Shown here piece by piece: positions 10,933 through 22,004 of a stretch of 64,000 nucleotides of DNA. The notes beneath the pieces were generated by a model. That model had not been told where the DNA came from. It ran no database searches and saw only the letters and a program-made list of their open reading frames with translations. This DNA is from Vicinamibacterales bacterium (GTDB lineage Bacteria; Acidobacteriota; Vicinamibacteria; Vicinamibacterales; UBA8438): assembly GCA_965237405.1 (NCBI GenBank), contig OZ250139.1:1562820-1626819 (forward strand). Reading direction: 5' to 3'. Both the position numbers and the translations under genes were made by a program. Every line of letters begins with the position of its first letter. Position 1 is the stretch's first letter.

Positions 10933-11886
10933 ATGAGATACGTTGCAGTCCTGGCACTCGCAGTCGTTGTGGCCGTCGTGCTTCTCCCGGCTGGGCAGTC
11001 GGATGACACCTATACGCCCAAGCGGATCAACAAGGTGGTGGAACTACTCGCGGAAGACCAACCCGTCTACTACACCCGGATCATAGGTGGAGGCTACGAG
11101 GAGGGGAAAGAGCTTGCCCAGACGTGGGCCGACTTTCTTGTCTACGACCTGGAACAGAACCCCTTCAACATGGACAACCTGCGCGCGTTCATGCAGGGAC
11201 TGGTCGACGGCGGACCGACCAAGAGCGGACATCGCACACCAGCGGTCGTGGTGGTGCCACCGTTCGGAGGTATTGACGATCGGGTGATGTGGGCCAACTA
11301 CTGGATGATCGAGCACATCCTTGCCACAGGTGCTCACGGCATTCTCCTCGCACACGCTCGGTCTCCCGAGGTTGTCCAAACCCTCGTCCAGGCCGCGCGT
11401 TACCCGCACAGCAATCCGCAAGTGGCTGATATCAAGGAGGGTCTCCGGGGCCATGGCGGACAGGCTTTTGCCGCCAGCATCTGGGGTGTCTCTGAAGTTG
11501 AGTATCGGCGACTGGCCGACCCCTGGCCGCTCAACCCGAACGGAGAGATCATCATCGGACTGAAGATCGAAGACCGACACGCCCTTGAAAACGCCGAGGC
11601 GACGGCGAGCGTACCCGGTGTCACGTTTGCGGAGTGGGGAACGGCAGACATGTCAATTTCGTTCAACATGCCGGATGGACGGGGTGTCGACGTGCTACCC
11701 AAGGTGCTCGCCGACGCGCGAACACGGGTCTTTGCCGCAACGCAACAAGCCGGGGTCAGATTCCTCGACGGAATGAGCCGCGACAACATCGAGCAGCGGA
11801 TCGACGAGGGTGTGCGCATCGGCGGAAGCGGAGCCGAGATCGCGGACCACGGCAGGCGCTATACGAATCGACAAATGCCCTGGTAG
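10933..11886 (+). CDS. HpcH/HpaI aldolase/citrate lyase-family protein with signal peptide
   Basis: YDLEQ, GLKIED and AEWGTADMS motifs of the TIM-barrel aldolase family; hydrophobic leader; SD GGGAGA. Confidence 0.75.
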   Translation: MRYVAVLALAVVVAVVLLPAGQSDDTYTPKRINKVVELLAEDQPVYYTRIIGGGYEEGKELAQTWADFLVYDLEQNPFNMDNLRAFMQGLVDGGPTKSGHRTPAVVVVPPFGGIDDRVMWANYWMIEHILATGAHGILLAHARSPEVVQTLVQAARYPHSNPQVADIKEGLRGHGGQAFAASIWGVSEVEYRRLADPWPLNPNGEIIIGLKIEDRHALENAEATASVPGVTFAEWGTADMSISFNMPDGRGVDVLPKVLADARTRVFAATQQAGVRFLDGMSRDNIEQRIDEGVRIGGSGAEIADHGRRYTNRQMPW

Positions 11887-11921
11887 ACGACACCAGTAAA
11901 GATCGAGTCCTGGATAGGACC

Positions 11922-12191
11922 TTATCGATCTCCCCGCTTCGCGATTGAGAACGTCGCACGTCTCCCCTGAGAGAGCCTGCGAGTACCTTGGGGTCCCGGC
12001 CTCGACCCGTCTGCGTGGAACACGTCATCGATGACCTTGACGTCCCCACTCGCGACTAGGGACTTGACCGACTCTCGGTCAGCATCTTGGGTGCCGATTT
12101 GTCCTTCCTTACGCGGACCGAGACGCAAGACCCGCCCGCGGGATAGCGGGATCTTGAGTGGACGGAGCGTTTTGTTCACGATTGTCTTCAT
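11922..12191 (-). CDS. Small basic hypothetical protein
   Basis: ATG ORF MKTIVNKTLRPLKIPLSRGRVLRLGP filling an intergenic gap. Confidence 0.5.
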   Translation of the reverse strand: MKTIVNKTLRPLKIPLSRGRVLRLGPRKEGQIGTQDADRESVKSLVASGDVKVIDDVFHADGSRPGPQGTRRLSQGRRATFSIAKRGDR

Positions 12192-12339
12192 TTGACACAA
12201 TGTTTAGCAATATCTTGATTATAACGCCCCACCGATTGCCATTCGGCCGCAGCCAAAAATTAACCCTCTCTACCTGCACAGGATTTATGCGTTCGTAAGG
12301 ACACAGGCATTGATTACTACAAGGGGGTAAAATGACGGG

Positions 12340-15300
12340 TTGCCTGTCCATCCCACACTCATTTCGGACGGCCATGCCCTTCTTTTGGCATCGTGTTTCC
12401 TCGTCACCTTGTTTAGTGGAACGACACATGGGCAAGCTGTGTCTCGGGAAGCTCAGGAGTGCGAGACGTGTTTCGCATCGGCGCCACTCCACCCACGCAC
12501 CGTGGTGGGTAATGCCCTTTACCAACATCTCCGGAAACCCCGACGATGACTGGCTGGCTCAAGGCTTTGCCGAAACGATCACCGCCAATCTTGAACGATT
12601 TTCAACCCTTCCTATCGTGTGGCGAGACACGTTCCTGAGTTCTACCTTGCACAGACCCAACGGCCAGCCTAACAACCAGGCCGTCCTCGACATGGCGCGA
12701 AATCTTGGCGTGTCCTGGGTCGTAACCGGAGCCTTCCAGCGGGTGGGCCGCCAGCTTCGAATCACAGCCCGGGTCATCAGTGCCGAGACCGCCACTGTGA
12801 CCCAAACCATCACGGTCGATGGGAGGCTTGATGATCTCTTCGCTCTGCAGGACCGGATTGTCGAAGGGCTGGGCAACGGATTCGCTGAGACCACCCAGGC
12901 CTCCACCGTGCCGAACAACCCGCCAGTAAACACACTCGGTCCAGCTGGCAAGGACTCGGGCTCAGAAGAGAGTACCGGTCTTATCGCCGGCACGATACCG
13001 CCACGAGGTAGGCCGCTTCGGGCAACGCCGAGAACACCACCCGTCCCCGACACGTCGCTTGAAGCTCGTGCGGTCAAACAACCGGAACCTCCTGTAACGG
13101 CTTGCCAACCGAGCGAATGTATAGCCAGCGAGATCACAGGAGAAATAGTTCTCGGAAATTCTCTCCCTCAACAGAGCATCGCAACCACCAGCCGGGCGCT
13201 GAACAGCCAGCTGGTAGCACGGCCGCCGCGGACCCAGATTGTTCCGAACGTCGACGGCCGGCTGGACGATCCCGTGTGGGCAAGTGCCCTTCACATCACG
13301 GACTTCGTGCAACTAGCCCCACTCGATGGTGCGCCAGGAACGGAGGAGACCGAAGTTTATGTCGCCTACGACGACACACATATCTATCTTGGCTTCTACG
13401 CACACTATGCCGATCCCAGCATTATCCGAGCGAACCAAACAGATCGGGATCAGGCACGCGGTGACGATGCCTTCTCTGTGTACCTCGATCCCTTTCTTGA
13501 CCAGCAACGTGCATACGTATTTACCGTAAATCCCTACGGCGTGCAGGCGGATTCGATTCTCAGTGCACAGAGAAGCAGTAGTCAGGGGTTCGGAAGCAGT
13601 CGTAGGGGCTTCGGATTCAGCGGCAGTGGCGGCGGATCCCGTAGTTTTTGGGGCGCCCCGCGCGGTGACGCCACCTGGGATGCGCTGTTCACCACGGGAG
13701 GACAATTCGTGCCAGACGGATTCACAGCAGAGATGGCGATTCCCTTGAAAAGCCTGCGCTATCCGAAGACAAAGGACGATGCTCCTCAGCGCTGGGGGTT
13801 CCAGATTGTACGGCGTATCCGTGGGAAGGCCGAAACGGTCGTTTGGTCCCCCGTGTCGAGAGCAGTGGCTGGATTTCTGACTCAAATGGGAATCCTCGAA
13901 AGGATGACTGATCTCTCGACCAGTCGAAATATTGAGATCTTGCCCACATTCACCGCGTCGCAATTCGGGTCCCTCAACGATGCAGGTAGTTTTGTTGACA
14001 AGGACACGAGCCCCGAAGCGGGAATCAATTTCAAATACGGGATTACATCGAATCTAACGGCTGACCTGACCTTTAATCCTGATTTCTCCCAGATCGAATC
14101 TGACATGCCGCAAATCGATGTAAACGAGCGTTTCCCGTTGTTCTTTCCCGAGCTGAAACCGTTTTTTCTTGAGGGCGCAGAGATCTTCCAGACTCTCACG
14201 CCGGTCAACCTGGTGCACACTCGCACCATTGTCAATCCCCGCTACGGTGCAAAGCTGACAGGCAAGACAGGCAAGACAACCATCGGGGTCATGTATGCCA
14301 ACGACGAAACACCGGAAGAACTCGCTGACCAATCTGGATTAGACATGGGCCCCACAGCCCAAACACTGGTGGGCCGGGTTCGCTATGACCTTTATTCGGA
14401 GTCGTACGTCGGCGGCATTTTTACCAGGCGAGAGTTTGGTGACAGCTACAACCAAGTTAGTGGTCTCGACACCAACTTCCGTTTAGGAGATACGCACTCG
14501 TTCGGCGCCAGCGTCGTCGGATCTCAAAGTCGCGATCTCGATGGTCACGAAACATCCGGATATCTGTTCAATACGACAATCCAAAAGGCCGGGCAAAACC
14601 TGAGCTACTCCTTAGTGAACTACGCGCTTTCGCCGGATTTTAAGACCGATGTCGGTTTCGTGCGACGCACTGATCAGCAAGTGACCTATGGCCAACTCTC
14701 GTACGCTTGGTGGCCCGAAAACTGGCTCGTCAGCTGGGGTCCCTCTGTCTCCTACATGCGAGGCTACAACTTTAAGCGAGTTCTCGAAGATGAACGTGCA
14801 AGCACGGGTCTCACCTTCTCGTTTACTAACAATATCTATTTCAGGTCCTCGATTATTCGGGAGATGGAACGATTCGGAGGAATCAACTTCCATAAAACCC
14901 GATACAACAACTCCGGTGTAATCTCAACCCGCCTTTTCGCGATCGGTCTTCGGGTAAGCGGTGGTGACCAGATCTTCTTTGATGCAATCAACCCCTATCT
15001 TGGCTACGAAAACGCATGGGACACCTTTATTAGTGTTCGAGCGATCTCACGATGGCGGGCACGAGTCAACTTCAACACAAGCCGGTTTGTCGATTCTCGC
15101 AACAACGACGCCCAGATCTTTAACGTCAAGATCATCCGTGCGCTGAACAGCTATCAGTTCACCGATCGGTTCCTGATTCGAAATATTAGCGAGTACAACA
15201 ACTTCGATCGACGGCTCAACTTAAACTTCCTACTCACCTATCGGATCAATGCTGGAACGGTGTTTTACGTTGGGTATGATGACCGCTATCAGCAAGCTGA

Positions 15301-15417
15301 CCGTATCGAACGCGACACGAACGGTAATGGGATCGATGACCGCCTCTTTTTTTGACAAATTTCAGGCGTACGAACCGAGCCGTCTTCACCAAGTTGCAGT
15401 ATCTCTTCAGACATTAG
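12340..15417 (+). pseudogene. DUF5916 / CBM9-like outer-membrane protein with N-terminal TolB-N/FlgO-like domain; two apparent single-base frameshifts
   Basis: Signal peptide in the 12340 frame joins the VMPFTNISG frame if one G is removed at ~12507-12509; main frame 12332..15355 has DGRLDD and NPDFSQIESD..FFPELKPFFLEG; a plausible tail TNFRRTNRAVFTKLQYLFRH* lies out of frame after a T7 run near 15350. Confidence 0.7.
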
Positions 15418-15467
15418 GAGTGGCTTCGTGACTGGCTCCTAGTCTCGTCACATAATCGGTTCGAATC

Positions 15468-16601
15468 TCACAGCCAACTCAGCAGCCGGTTACACACTTC
15501 GTCGAGCTGCGCCTCGGTGATCGCATTAAAGAAGGGGAGTGCCAACGTGCGCAGCGAAGCGTCCTCAGCCACTGGATAGTCACCCACTGCTCCACCCAGC
15601 GTCCGTCGGTAGTACGGCAACAGATGAATCGGCGCGAAATACCGACCGCAGGCAATACCCTGCTCGCGCATGTGCGTGGCGACCCGGTCCGCCGTTCCCG
15701 CATCGTGTTCGTCCGAGAACCGAACGACGTAGACGAACCAGCTCCGAGACAACCCAGCCGACTCAGCTTCTGGCAGAATCAGCCCATGAGCGCCAGCTAG
15801 GCGGCCCCGGTAGTCCTCTGCCACTTGCCGACGACGCTCAAGAATCGCGGCCAGTCGTTCGAACTGGATCACGCCCAACGCACAGTGCAGCTCCGACAGA
15901 CGGTAGTTGTATCCCGGACCGTCGGCCGAAAATGATCCGCTTGGCGAGCGCCCCTGGTTACGCATCGTGACGACCCGCATCGCAGCGGTTGCATCGTCGG
16001 TCACCACCATGCCACCCTCCCCCGTTGTAATCTGCTTGTTTGGGTAGAAGGAAAAGACTCCAACGTCACCCAGCGTGCCAAGCCAGCGACCGTTCAAACG
16101 GCCACCGATCGATTCACAGGCATCCTCGACTACGCGCAGGCGATGACGTCGGGCTACCTCGAGGATCAAGTTCATCGCGGCCGGGTGCGCGAAGACGTGC
16201 ACCGGCAAGATCGCTCGGGTCCGCGCTGTGACCGCTGCTTCGATTCGTGCTGGATCAATATTTAGACTGTACCGGTCGATGTCCACGAATACCGGTCGTG
16301 CACCCGCGTGAACGATCCCGTTGGCTGACGCAACGAAGCTGAACGGCGAGGTGATCACCTCGTCCCCGGGTCCAACGCCGGCGGCCTCCAACGCGAGGTG
16401 TAACCCCGCCGTGCCGGAGGATACCGCCACTGCGTGCGCGGCACCACAACGGACGGCCACGGCGCGCTCGAACTGCTCGAGCTTGGTTCCCAAGCTCAGA
16501 CGACCGCTACGCAACGAGCCCAATATCGCGGCCTCTTCGCGCTTACCGATATCAGGTGCAGAGAGAGGAATCCGCGGCCCTGCCTGAGGATCAGGATCCA
16601 T
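15468..16601 (-). CDS. DegT/DnrJ/EryC1/StrS PLP-dependent sugar aminotransferase
   Basis: SSGTAGLH, EDACES, FSFYPNKQITTGEGG and GYNYRL motifs. Confidence 0.93.
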   Translation of the reverse strand: MDPDPQAGPRIPLSAPDIGKREEAAILGSLRSGRLSLGTKLEQFERAVAVRCGAAHAVAVSSGTAGLHLALEAAGVGPGDEVITSPFSFVASANGIVHAGARPVFVDIDRYSLNIDPARIEAAVTARTRAILPVHVFAHPAAMNLILEVARRHRLRVVEDACESIGGRLNGRWLGTLGDVGVFSFYPNKQITTGEGGMVVTDDATAAMRVVTMRNQGRSPSGSFSADGPGYNYRLSELHCALGVIQFERLAAILERRRQVAEDYRGRLAGAHGLILPEAESAGLSRSWFVYVVRFSDEHDAGTADRVATHMREQGIACGRYFAPIHLLPYYRRTLGGAVGDYPVAEDASLRTLALPFFNAITEAQLDEVCNRLLSWL

Positions 16602-17790
16602 CGGACTCGACCGACAGCGGTACCGCCCGCTTCACCAATAGCTTCTCTCCTAGAGGCACTTCCCGTAGTAGCTTCACGATACGCTCTGCCGCACGACCAT
16701 CGCCGTAGGGATTCTCCATGCCAACGAGCGACTCGCAAAACGCCGGATCGACAGCACGTTTGAGTCCCGATCGGATGCTGCCGACCTCGGCCTCGACATC
16801 GATGATGTTGCGAGCTCGTTCGCGGCCCTGTTGCCGAATCCCGATGTTGACGCAGGGGAGTGCGAGCGCCGGCGTTTCCATGATCCCACTGCTTGAGTTA
16901 CCCAGCATGGCCGCGGCGTTCTGTAGCAGCGCCCAGTACATCGTCGGCCGAAGGTTGATACAAAGGGTTGTGTTGGGTCGAGCCTCGCAGAAGATCCGCG
17001 CGCGGCGGATCAGCTCTCGGCTTCCCGCATCGGCGTTCGGAAAACAAAACGCAACCGGCGCTTTGGTTTGTTCGAGTGCGCCGAACAGGGCAGCGGCCTC
17101 CCGAAGTGTGTCGCGGGCCAGGGTAACCGGATGGTAGGACACGACGACCGCGGGAGTCGAAGTGACGTCAAAGCCGATCTCTGCCGAGACCTCTACTCCG
17201 GAAGGTAGCTCCGATCGCCGCAGATGATCAAGTGAGGGCGCACCGACACAGTGAACACGCCACGCCTCCTCGCCCATCGCAAGTACACGACGGCGCGCGC
17301 GCACCGTCGACGTGAAGTGAAGGTGACTCATCTTGGTTAGGGCGTTACGAACCGCGTCGTCAACGGCGCCCTCGCTGATCTCACCGCCTTCGATGTGTGC
17401 GATTGGGATCCGCAGGGTCAAAGCCACCGAAGCCGGAGCGAGCACTTCATACCGATCAGCGACGAGCATCAGGATGTCGGGACGCTCACGACCGAGTAGA
17501 TCCGCCAGACCCATCGTGGCCACTCCGATCGTCTTGGCCATCCCTACGTCCGTATCCGAGCTGAGTAGGCACTCGACCCGGTGGTGGACCGGTAGCCCAT
17601 CACGCTCGATCTCTTGCTCAGCACGCCCGAACTCGTCGGTCAATTGAGCCCCGAGTGCGATCACCCGCAGATCAATCGTCGGTTCGTCTTCAAGGCTTCG
17701 TAGGACCCAGTGCAGATGACTGTAGTCAGCGCGCGAAGTTGTGACGACCCCGACCGTACGCTGGTGAGAAGACTCGTGAGATCGAGACAT
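16591..17790 (-). CDS. neuC: UDP-N-acetylglucosamine 2-epimerase (hydrolysing)
   Basis: VVTTSRADY, DRYE, HIEGGE, SYHPVT, PNADAG, GNSSSGI and NPYGDG motifs; start could be at 17823. Confidence 0.88.
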   Translation of the reverse strand: MSRSHESSHQRTVGVVTTSRADYSHLHWVLRSLEDEPTIDLRVIALGAQLTDEFGRAEQEIERDGLPVHHRVECLLSSDTDVGMAKTIGVATMGLADLLGRERPDILMLVADRYEVLAPASVALTLRIPIAHIEGGEISEGAVDDAVRNALTKMSHLHFTSTVRARRRVLAMGEEAWRVHCVGAPSLDHLRRSELPSGVEVSAEIGFDVTSTPAVVVSYHPVTLARDTLREAAALFGALEQTKAPVAFCFPNADAGSRELIRRARIFCEARPNTTLCINLRPTMYWALLQNAAAMLGNSSSGIMETPALALPCVNIGIRQQGRERARNIIDVEAEVGSIRSGLKRAVDPAFCESLVGMENPYGDGRAAERIVKLLREVPLGEKLLVKRAVPLSVESDGS

Positions 17791-18068
17791 GTATAGGGTG
17801 CTGGCGGTCACAGCGTCGAGCATGCCTGGAAAAGCTCATGATAATCCGTTACGGCATCTTGACGGATCCGATCGGTTTGCAGATCGAATGAGCCGGTCCA
17901 GCTGTCTGCCGGCGGGGAAATGGTGACGGTCATCTGCAACGACGACGGCCTGACAGCCTGAGCAATCAAGAACCGCGACCAACTACTGCTCACCGTGATC
18001 GCGTGCCGGTACGGCTGACCGGGGTTCTTTCCCGATTCAGAGATTTACCGAACGCGCGAACCAAAGGA

Positions 18069-19421
18069 TCACACGCCCGCAAGAGGCTCAAACGGGAACA
18101 CACCGGTGGCGTCGCCGAACCGCTCGGTGTTCACGCCGACCCGCTCTAACATCGCCATCAAAAGATTATTCATCGGCGTATCCTTCGAGTGACGAAGAAC
18201 GCGGCCGCCCCTGACTCCACCCGCGCCACCGACCAACACAAGCGGAAGGTCGATATGCGAGTGTTCGTTGGCGTCACTAATGCCCCCGCCATGTAGCACG
18301 AGCGAATGGTCAAGCAGACTACCGTCGCCGTCTGGTGTCGCCTTTAATTTGTCGAGAAAATGAGCGGTCAGCGTGATGTGGTACTGGTTAATCTTATGCC
18401 CCTGCTCGAACTTAACCGGGTCATGCTGATGGTGTGACACCGCGTGATGGGCCCCGTCGACACCAAGCTCAGGATAGGCGCGATTGGTTTGCTCCTTGCC
18501 GAGTGTGAAGACGAAAACCCGTGTGATATCAGCCTTAAAGGCAAGCGCCACTAGGTCGAACATCAACTTGGCGTGTTCGTCATAGGACTCGGGCACACCG
18601 ACCGGCCGGTCGGGTAGCTCAAGCGTCGACTCGCCATGCTGGCGCTCGGCGACCTGGAGCCGGCGCTCAATCTCACGCACGGAGTCAAAGTACTCGCTGA
18701 CACTATTCTTATCCGCAGGACTAAGCTGTGTCTTAAGGCGAGAAATGTCGGCCGTGACCCAATCCAGAATGCTGCGATCCTCCCGTATGCGAGCCAGTCG
18801 TTCTTCAGGCCGACCACCATCCCCAAACAGTCGTTGGAACACGACACGCGGATTTGTTTCGTGCGGATTCGGCGTCGTGGCCGTCCTCCACGAGATACTG
18901 TTGGTATAGACGCAGCTATAGCCGTTGTCGCAGTTACCGATGAGATAGGTCTGCTCCATGGCCAGTTCTAGCGACGTCAACGCGGTGTCACCGCCAATCT
19001 GCTGAGCCGCAATCTGGTCGGCCGTGGTGCCATTCTGCACGTCGGCGCCCTCGGTCTCCTTCGGATGCACACCGCTCAGCCATACAGTTCCGGCGCGCGA
19101 GTGCTCACCGTTGCCGTCACCGAGCGCCTCGGCCTGTTTCTGGCTCAGGCCGATCGGTACGATGACTTGGTCCTGAAACGGCGCGAGTGGACTCAATGTC
19201 GGTGAGAGTTCGACCATCGCACCGTCACCGGCTGGCTGCCAGTGGGACATCACGGCACCGTTTGGGATGTACACAAAGCCAAGGCGACGAACCGGCTTCG
19301 CCGCCGTCTTGGCGAGGGCCGACGCCGCAGGCACCATCGCGTCCAGCAATGGCAACGCCATTGTTACTCCCATGCCGTGGAGAAAGGTTCGACGTGGTAG
19401 AGCCTTCTTGGTGATGAACAT
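18069..19421 (-). CDS. DUF1552 domain protein (Tat-exported)
   Basis: MFITKKALPRRTFL twin-arginine leader; RLGFVYIPNG, CDNGYSCVY and HHAVSHH; directly downstream of the DUF1592 gene. Confidence 0.9.
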   Translation of the reverse strand: MFITKKALPRRTFLHGMGVTMALPLLDAMVPAASALAKTAAKPVRRLGFVYIPNGAVMSHWQPAGDGAMVELSPTLSPLAPFQDQVIVPIGLSQKQAEALGDGNGEHSRAGTVWLSGVHPKETEGADVQNGTTADQIAAQQIGGDTALTSLELAMEQTYLIGNCDNGYSCVYTNSISWRTATTPNPHETNPRVVFQRLFGDGGRPEERLARIREDRSILDWVTADISRLKTQLSPADKNSVSEYFDSVREIERRLQVAERQHGESTLELPDRPVGVPESYDEHAKLMFDLVALAFKADITRVFVFTLGKEQTNRAYPELGVDGAHHAVSHHQHDPVKFEQGHKINQYHITLTAHFLDKLKATPDGDGSLLDHSLVLHGGGISDANEHSHIDLPLVLVGGAGGVRGGRVLRHSKDTPMNNLLMAMLERVGVNTERFGDATGVFPFEPLAGV

Positions 19422-19432
19422 GACAGCGTCTC

Positions 19433-21850
19433 CTACTCAGCCTCGGCTAGCCTCATCTGAAACGGCGTGCTCTTGACGACGCCGACAATCAATGACGCCA
19501 GGCCGTAGTCGCTTGCAGCGGCCTCCCGCGTGATCTGTCGAACGGCTGGGGCATCATAGTATTCCAGGCCTCGACCAACTCCATAAGTCAACAGCTTCTC
19601 AGTCACGACCGTAGCAAACTGTTCCGGACTCCTCACTAATAGCCCGCGCAAATCGGCCGGGCCATCAAACGGTGTTCCATCAGGCATCGTGCCGGAGGCA
19701 TCGATAGGAGTCCCTCCCGGCATGTACCCTCGCCATCGCCCCACCGCATCGAAGTTCTCAAGTGCTAAGCCGAGCGGGTCCATTATCCGGTGACAACTGG
19801 CACACACGGGATTCGCGCGATGCTGTTCCATGCGCTCCCGCATCGCCAGCACCCGACCCGCGTCGGCATCGGACTCAAGTTCCGGCACGTTGGGTGGTGG
19901 TGGTGGTGGTGGTGTCCCCAAAACGTTCTCCAGTATCCACTTACCACGGCCCACAGGTGAGGTACGATCGGGATACGAAGTGACGGTCAGGATGCTGCCC
20001 TGGCCCAGCAGTCCCCGACGTATGTCGTCAGCGAGTGCCACCCGCCGAAAGTCGCTACCGTAGACACCCTCAATGCCATAGTGCTTGGCCAACCGCTCGT
20101 TCAGGAACGTGTAGTCCGCCGTTAGGAGCTGGGTAATGCTTCGGTCCTCGCGCAGGATGCTATCGAAGAACAGTTCAGTCTCGCGCACAAAATCCTGTCG
20201 AAGACTCTCACCGAAATGCGGAAAGATCACGTCAGACGGCAGCACTCCCGAGATGTTGCGCAAACGCAGCCATTGGCCGGCAAAGTTCGTTACGAGTGCC
20301 TCCGACCGAGGATCCGCAAGCATTCGTCGAACCTGGTGCTCAAGAATAGCTGGATCCCGAAGCTGCCCTTGCACGGCCACGGCCAATAGCTCGTCATCAG
20401 GAATGCTGCTCCACAGCAGAAACGAGACCCGCGATGCCAGCTCCAGATCGCCTAGCCGATAGGTGGTACCCGGCGTTGCATCGGACGGATCGGACACCAC
20501 GCGAAACAGAAAGTCTGGGCTCACGAGCAGCGCGCGGAGACCTCGCTCGATGCCCTGCTCGAAGCTGCCCGTCGCCCGACCCTCCGTGTAGAAAGTGAGC
20601 AGCTCTTCGAGATCCGCATCGGTGATCGGCCGCCGGTAGGCACGGCGTGCCAGCGTACCGAGCACCTGCTTGGCGCACGACGTCTCTTCGGATGGATTCG
20701 AGGGGGTGCAGATAAAAATCCGGCGACGGGTGGGGGTGTCCCCAATTCCAGACGGGCTGAACGGCCCCGTGATTCTCATCGTCCCGAGGTGTGGCTGGTA
20801 CATCAGGTAGTCGCCTTCACCATGTGGTCTCGCGAATGGCTGACGGACACTCTCGGGTAAAGCGTGGGTTTTCTCAATGAATGTCGCCGTCACGTCGCGG
20901 GGACCGGCTTCGACGGGCACGCGGACCTCGAGGTCATCCGGTCCACGGATGTATACAGACGATTGGCCGTTCTCCGAATCTGGTGGTCGGAGGTTGAAAA
21001 CTGTTGTCCGCTCGCCATCGATGCTCACCTCGAGTTGGTGCGGTTCTCGGATCGGAGCACCGGCGAACAGGTCGAGAAGCTGGATCTTGATATCGTATTC
21101 GCCATCGCGCGGAAAGTTGTACGTCACCGACATGCCACCGCGGGTGCCAAACGGTAACCCATCCCGATGTTGGTATTGCGACAGATCGGAGACGACACGA
21201 AACGTTTCACCGCTTGGTGCCATCGGCGATGCCCCCACGGCCAAACGGCTGATCTTTCGCGCCGCATTCATGTACCGCTCAAGTAGCGTGGGCGATACCT
21301 TTAGAACGCCCGCAATGTTGTCAAAGCCGTAGCTCTGGTCATCGGCGGGGACCAGCGCCGACACATCAATATCGAGCGTCAGCAGGTCGCGAATGGCGTT
21401 CTGATACTCCGTTCGGTTAAGACGATGTAACGGAACCGTACGGCCTGGGTTTGGCTGTGCAGCGGCCGCACGATCGATCCGAACCTCTAACCAGGACGCC
21501 AGATCGTCTAGCGCGGCCGAAGTTGGTCGTGGTCGTCCGGCTGGGGGCATCGAACCGGTCCGAAGTTTACGGATAACCGTTTCCCAAAGCTCCGCTCCGG
21601 CTGGAATGTTAGCCAGGTCCACCGACTGGAGCGAGACCGGAACCGTCCCCCTGGACCGCAATTCGTCGTTGTGGCAGGTGACGCAGTATTGATCAAGAAT
21701 TGCGTTCGGCGGATCAGTCGTCAAGCTCCGCTGCTCGGCCCCAGCGGTCATCAGGGGTCCCGATACGCACAAAAGAATCGTCAAAGATCCTAACCCCAGC
21801 CAGGAGCCGTTTCGCGATCGGCCGACGCCTCGCCTTTCTTGACCTATCAT
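19433..21850 (-). CDS. DUF1592/DUF1588/DUF1585 multi-domain cytochrome c-like protein
   Basis: Heme motifs CVTCH and CASCH; RLNRTEYQNAIRDLL, GFDN, LASRVSFLLWSSIPD and RTSPVGRGKW. Confidence 0.9.
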   Translation of the reverse strand: MIGQERRGVGRSRNGSWLGLGSLTILLCVSGPLMTAGAEQRSLTTDPPNAILDQYCVTCHNDELRSRGTVPVSLQSVDLANIPAGAELWETVIRKLRTGSMPPAGRPRPTSAALDDLASWLEVRIDRAAAAQPNPGRTVPLHRLNRTEYQNAIRDLLTLDIDVSALVPADDQSYGFDNIAGVLKVSPTLLERYMNAARKISRLAVGASPMAPSGETFRVVSDLSQYQHRDGLPFGTRGGMSVTYNFPRDGEYDIKIQLLDLFAGAPIREPHQLEVSIDGERTTVFNLRPPDSENGQSSVYIRGPDDLEVRVPVEAGPRDVTATFIEKTHALPESVRQPFARPHGEGDYLMYQPHLGTMRITGPFSPSGIGDTPTRRRIFICTPSNPSEETSCAKQVLGTLARRAYRRPITDADLEELLTFYTEGRATGSFEQGIERGLRALLVSPDFLFRVVSDPSDATPGTTYRLGDLELASRVSFLLWSSIPDDELLAVAVQGQLRDPAILEHQVRRMLADPRSEALVTNFAGQWLRLRNISGVLPSDVIFPHFGESLRQDFVRETELFFDSILREDRSITQLLTADYTFLNERLAKHYGIEGVYGSDFRRVALADDIRRGLLGQGSILTVTSYPDRTSPVGRGKWILENVLGTPPPPPPPNVPELESDADAGRVLAMRERMEQHRANPVCASCHRIMDPLGLALENFDAVGRWRGYMPGGTPIDASGTMPDGTPFDGPADLRGLLVRSPEQFATVVTEKLLTYGVGRGLEYYDAPAVRQITREAAASDYGLASLIVGVVKSTPFQMRLAEAE

Positions 21851-22004
21851 CTTCGTCCGCGGCGATTATGAGATCCCCAATCGCCGTAGCGTACCCAATC
21901 GTATAGATTTGGATAACGTTGTCAACGTACGATGCGGTAGCATACAAACGGTATTGGCCAGCCGAAATTTCAGACTGTGTGCCGCGACGGCGAGCGTAAA
22001 CGAG

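Noticed and set aside
19891-19912. (GGT)n microsatellite
   Set aside because: It encodes the poly-proline stretch typical of DUF1588-containing proteins.
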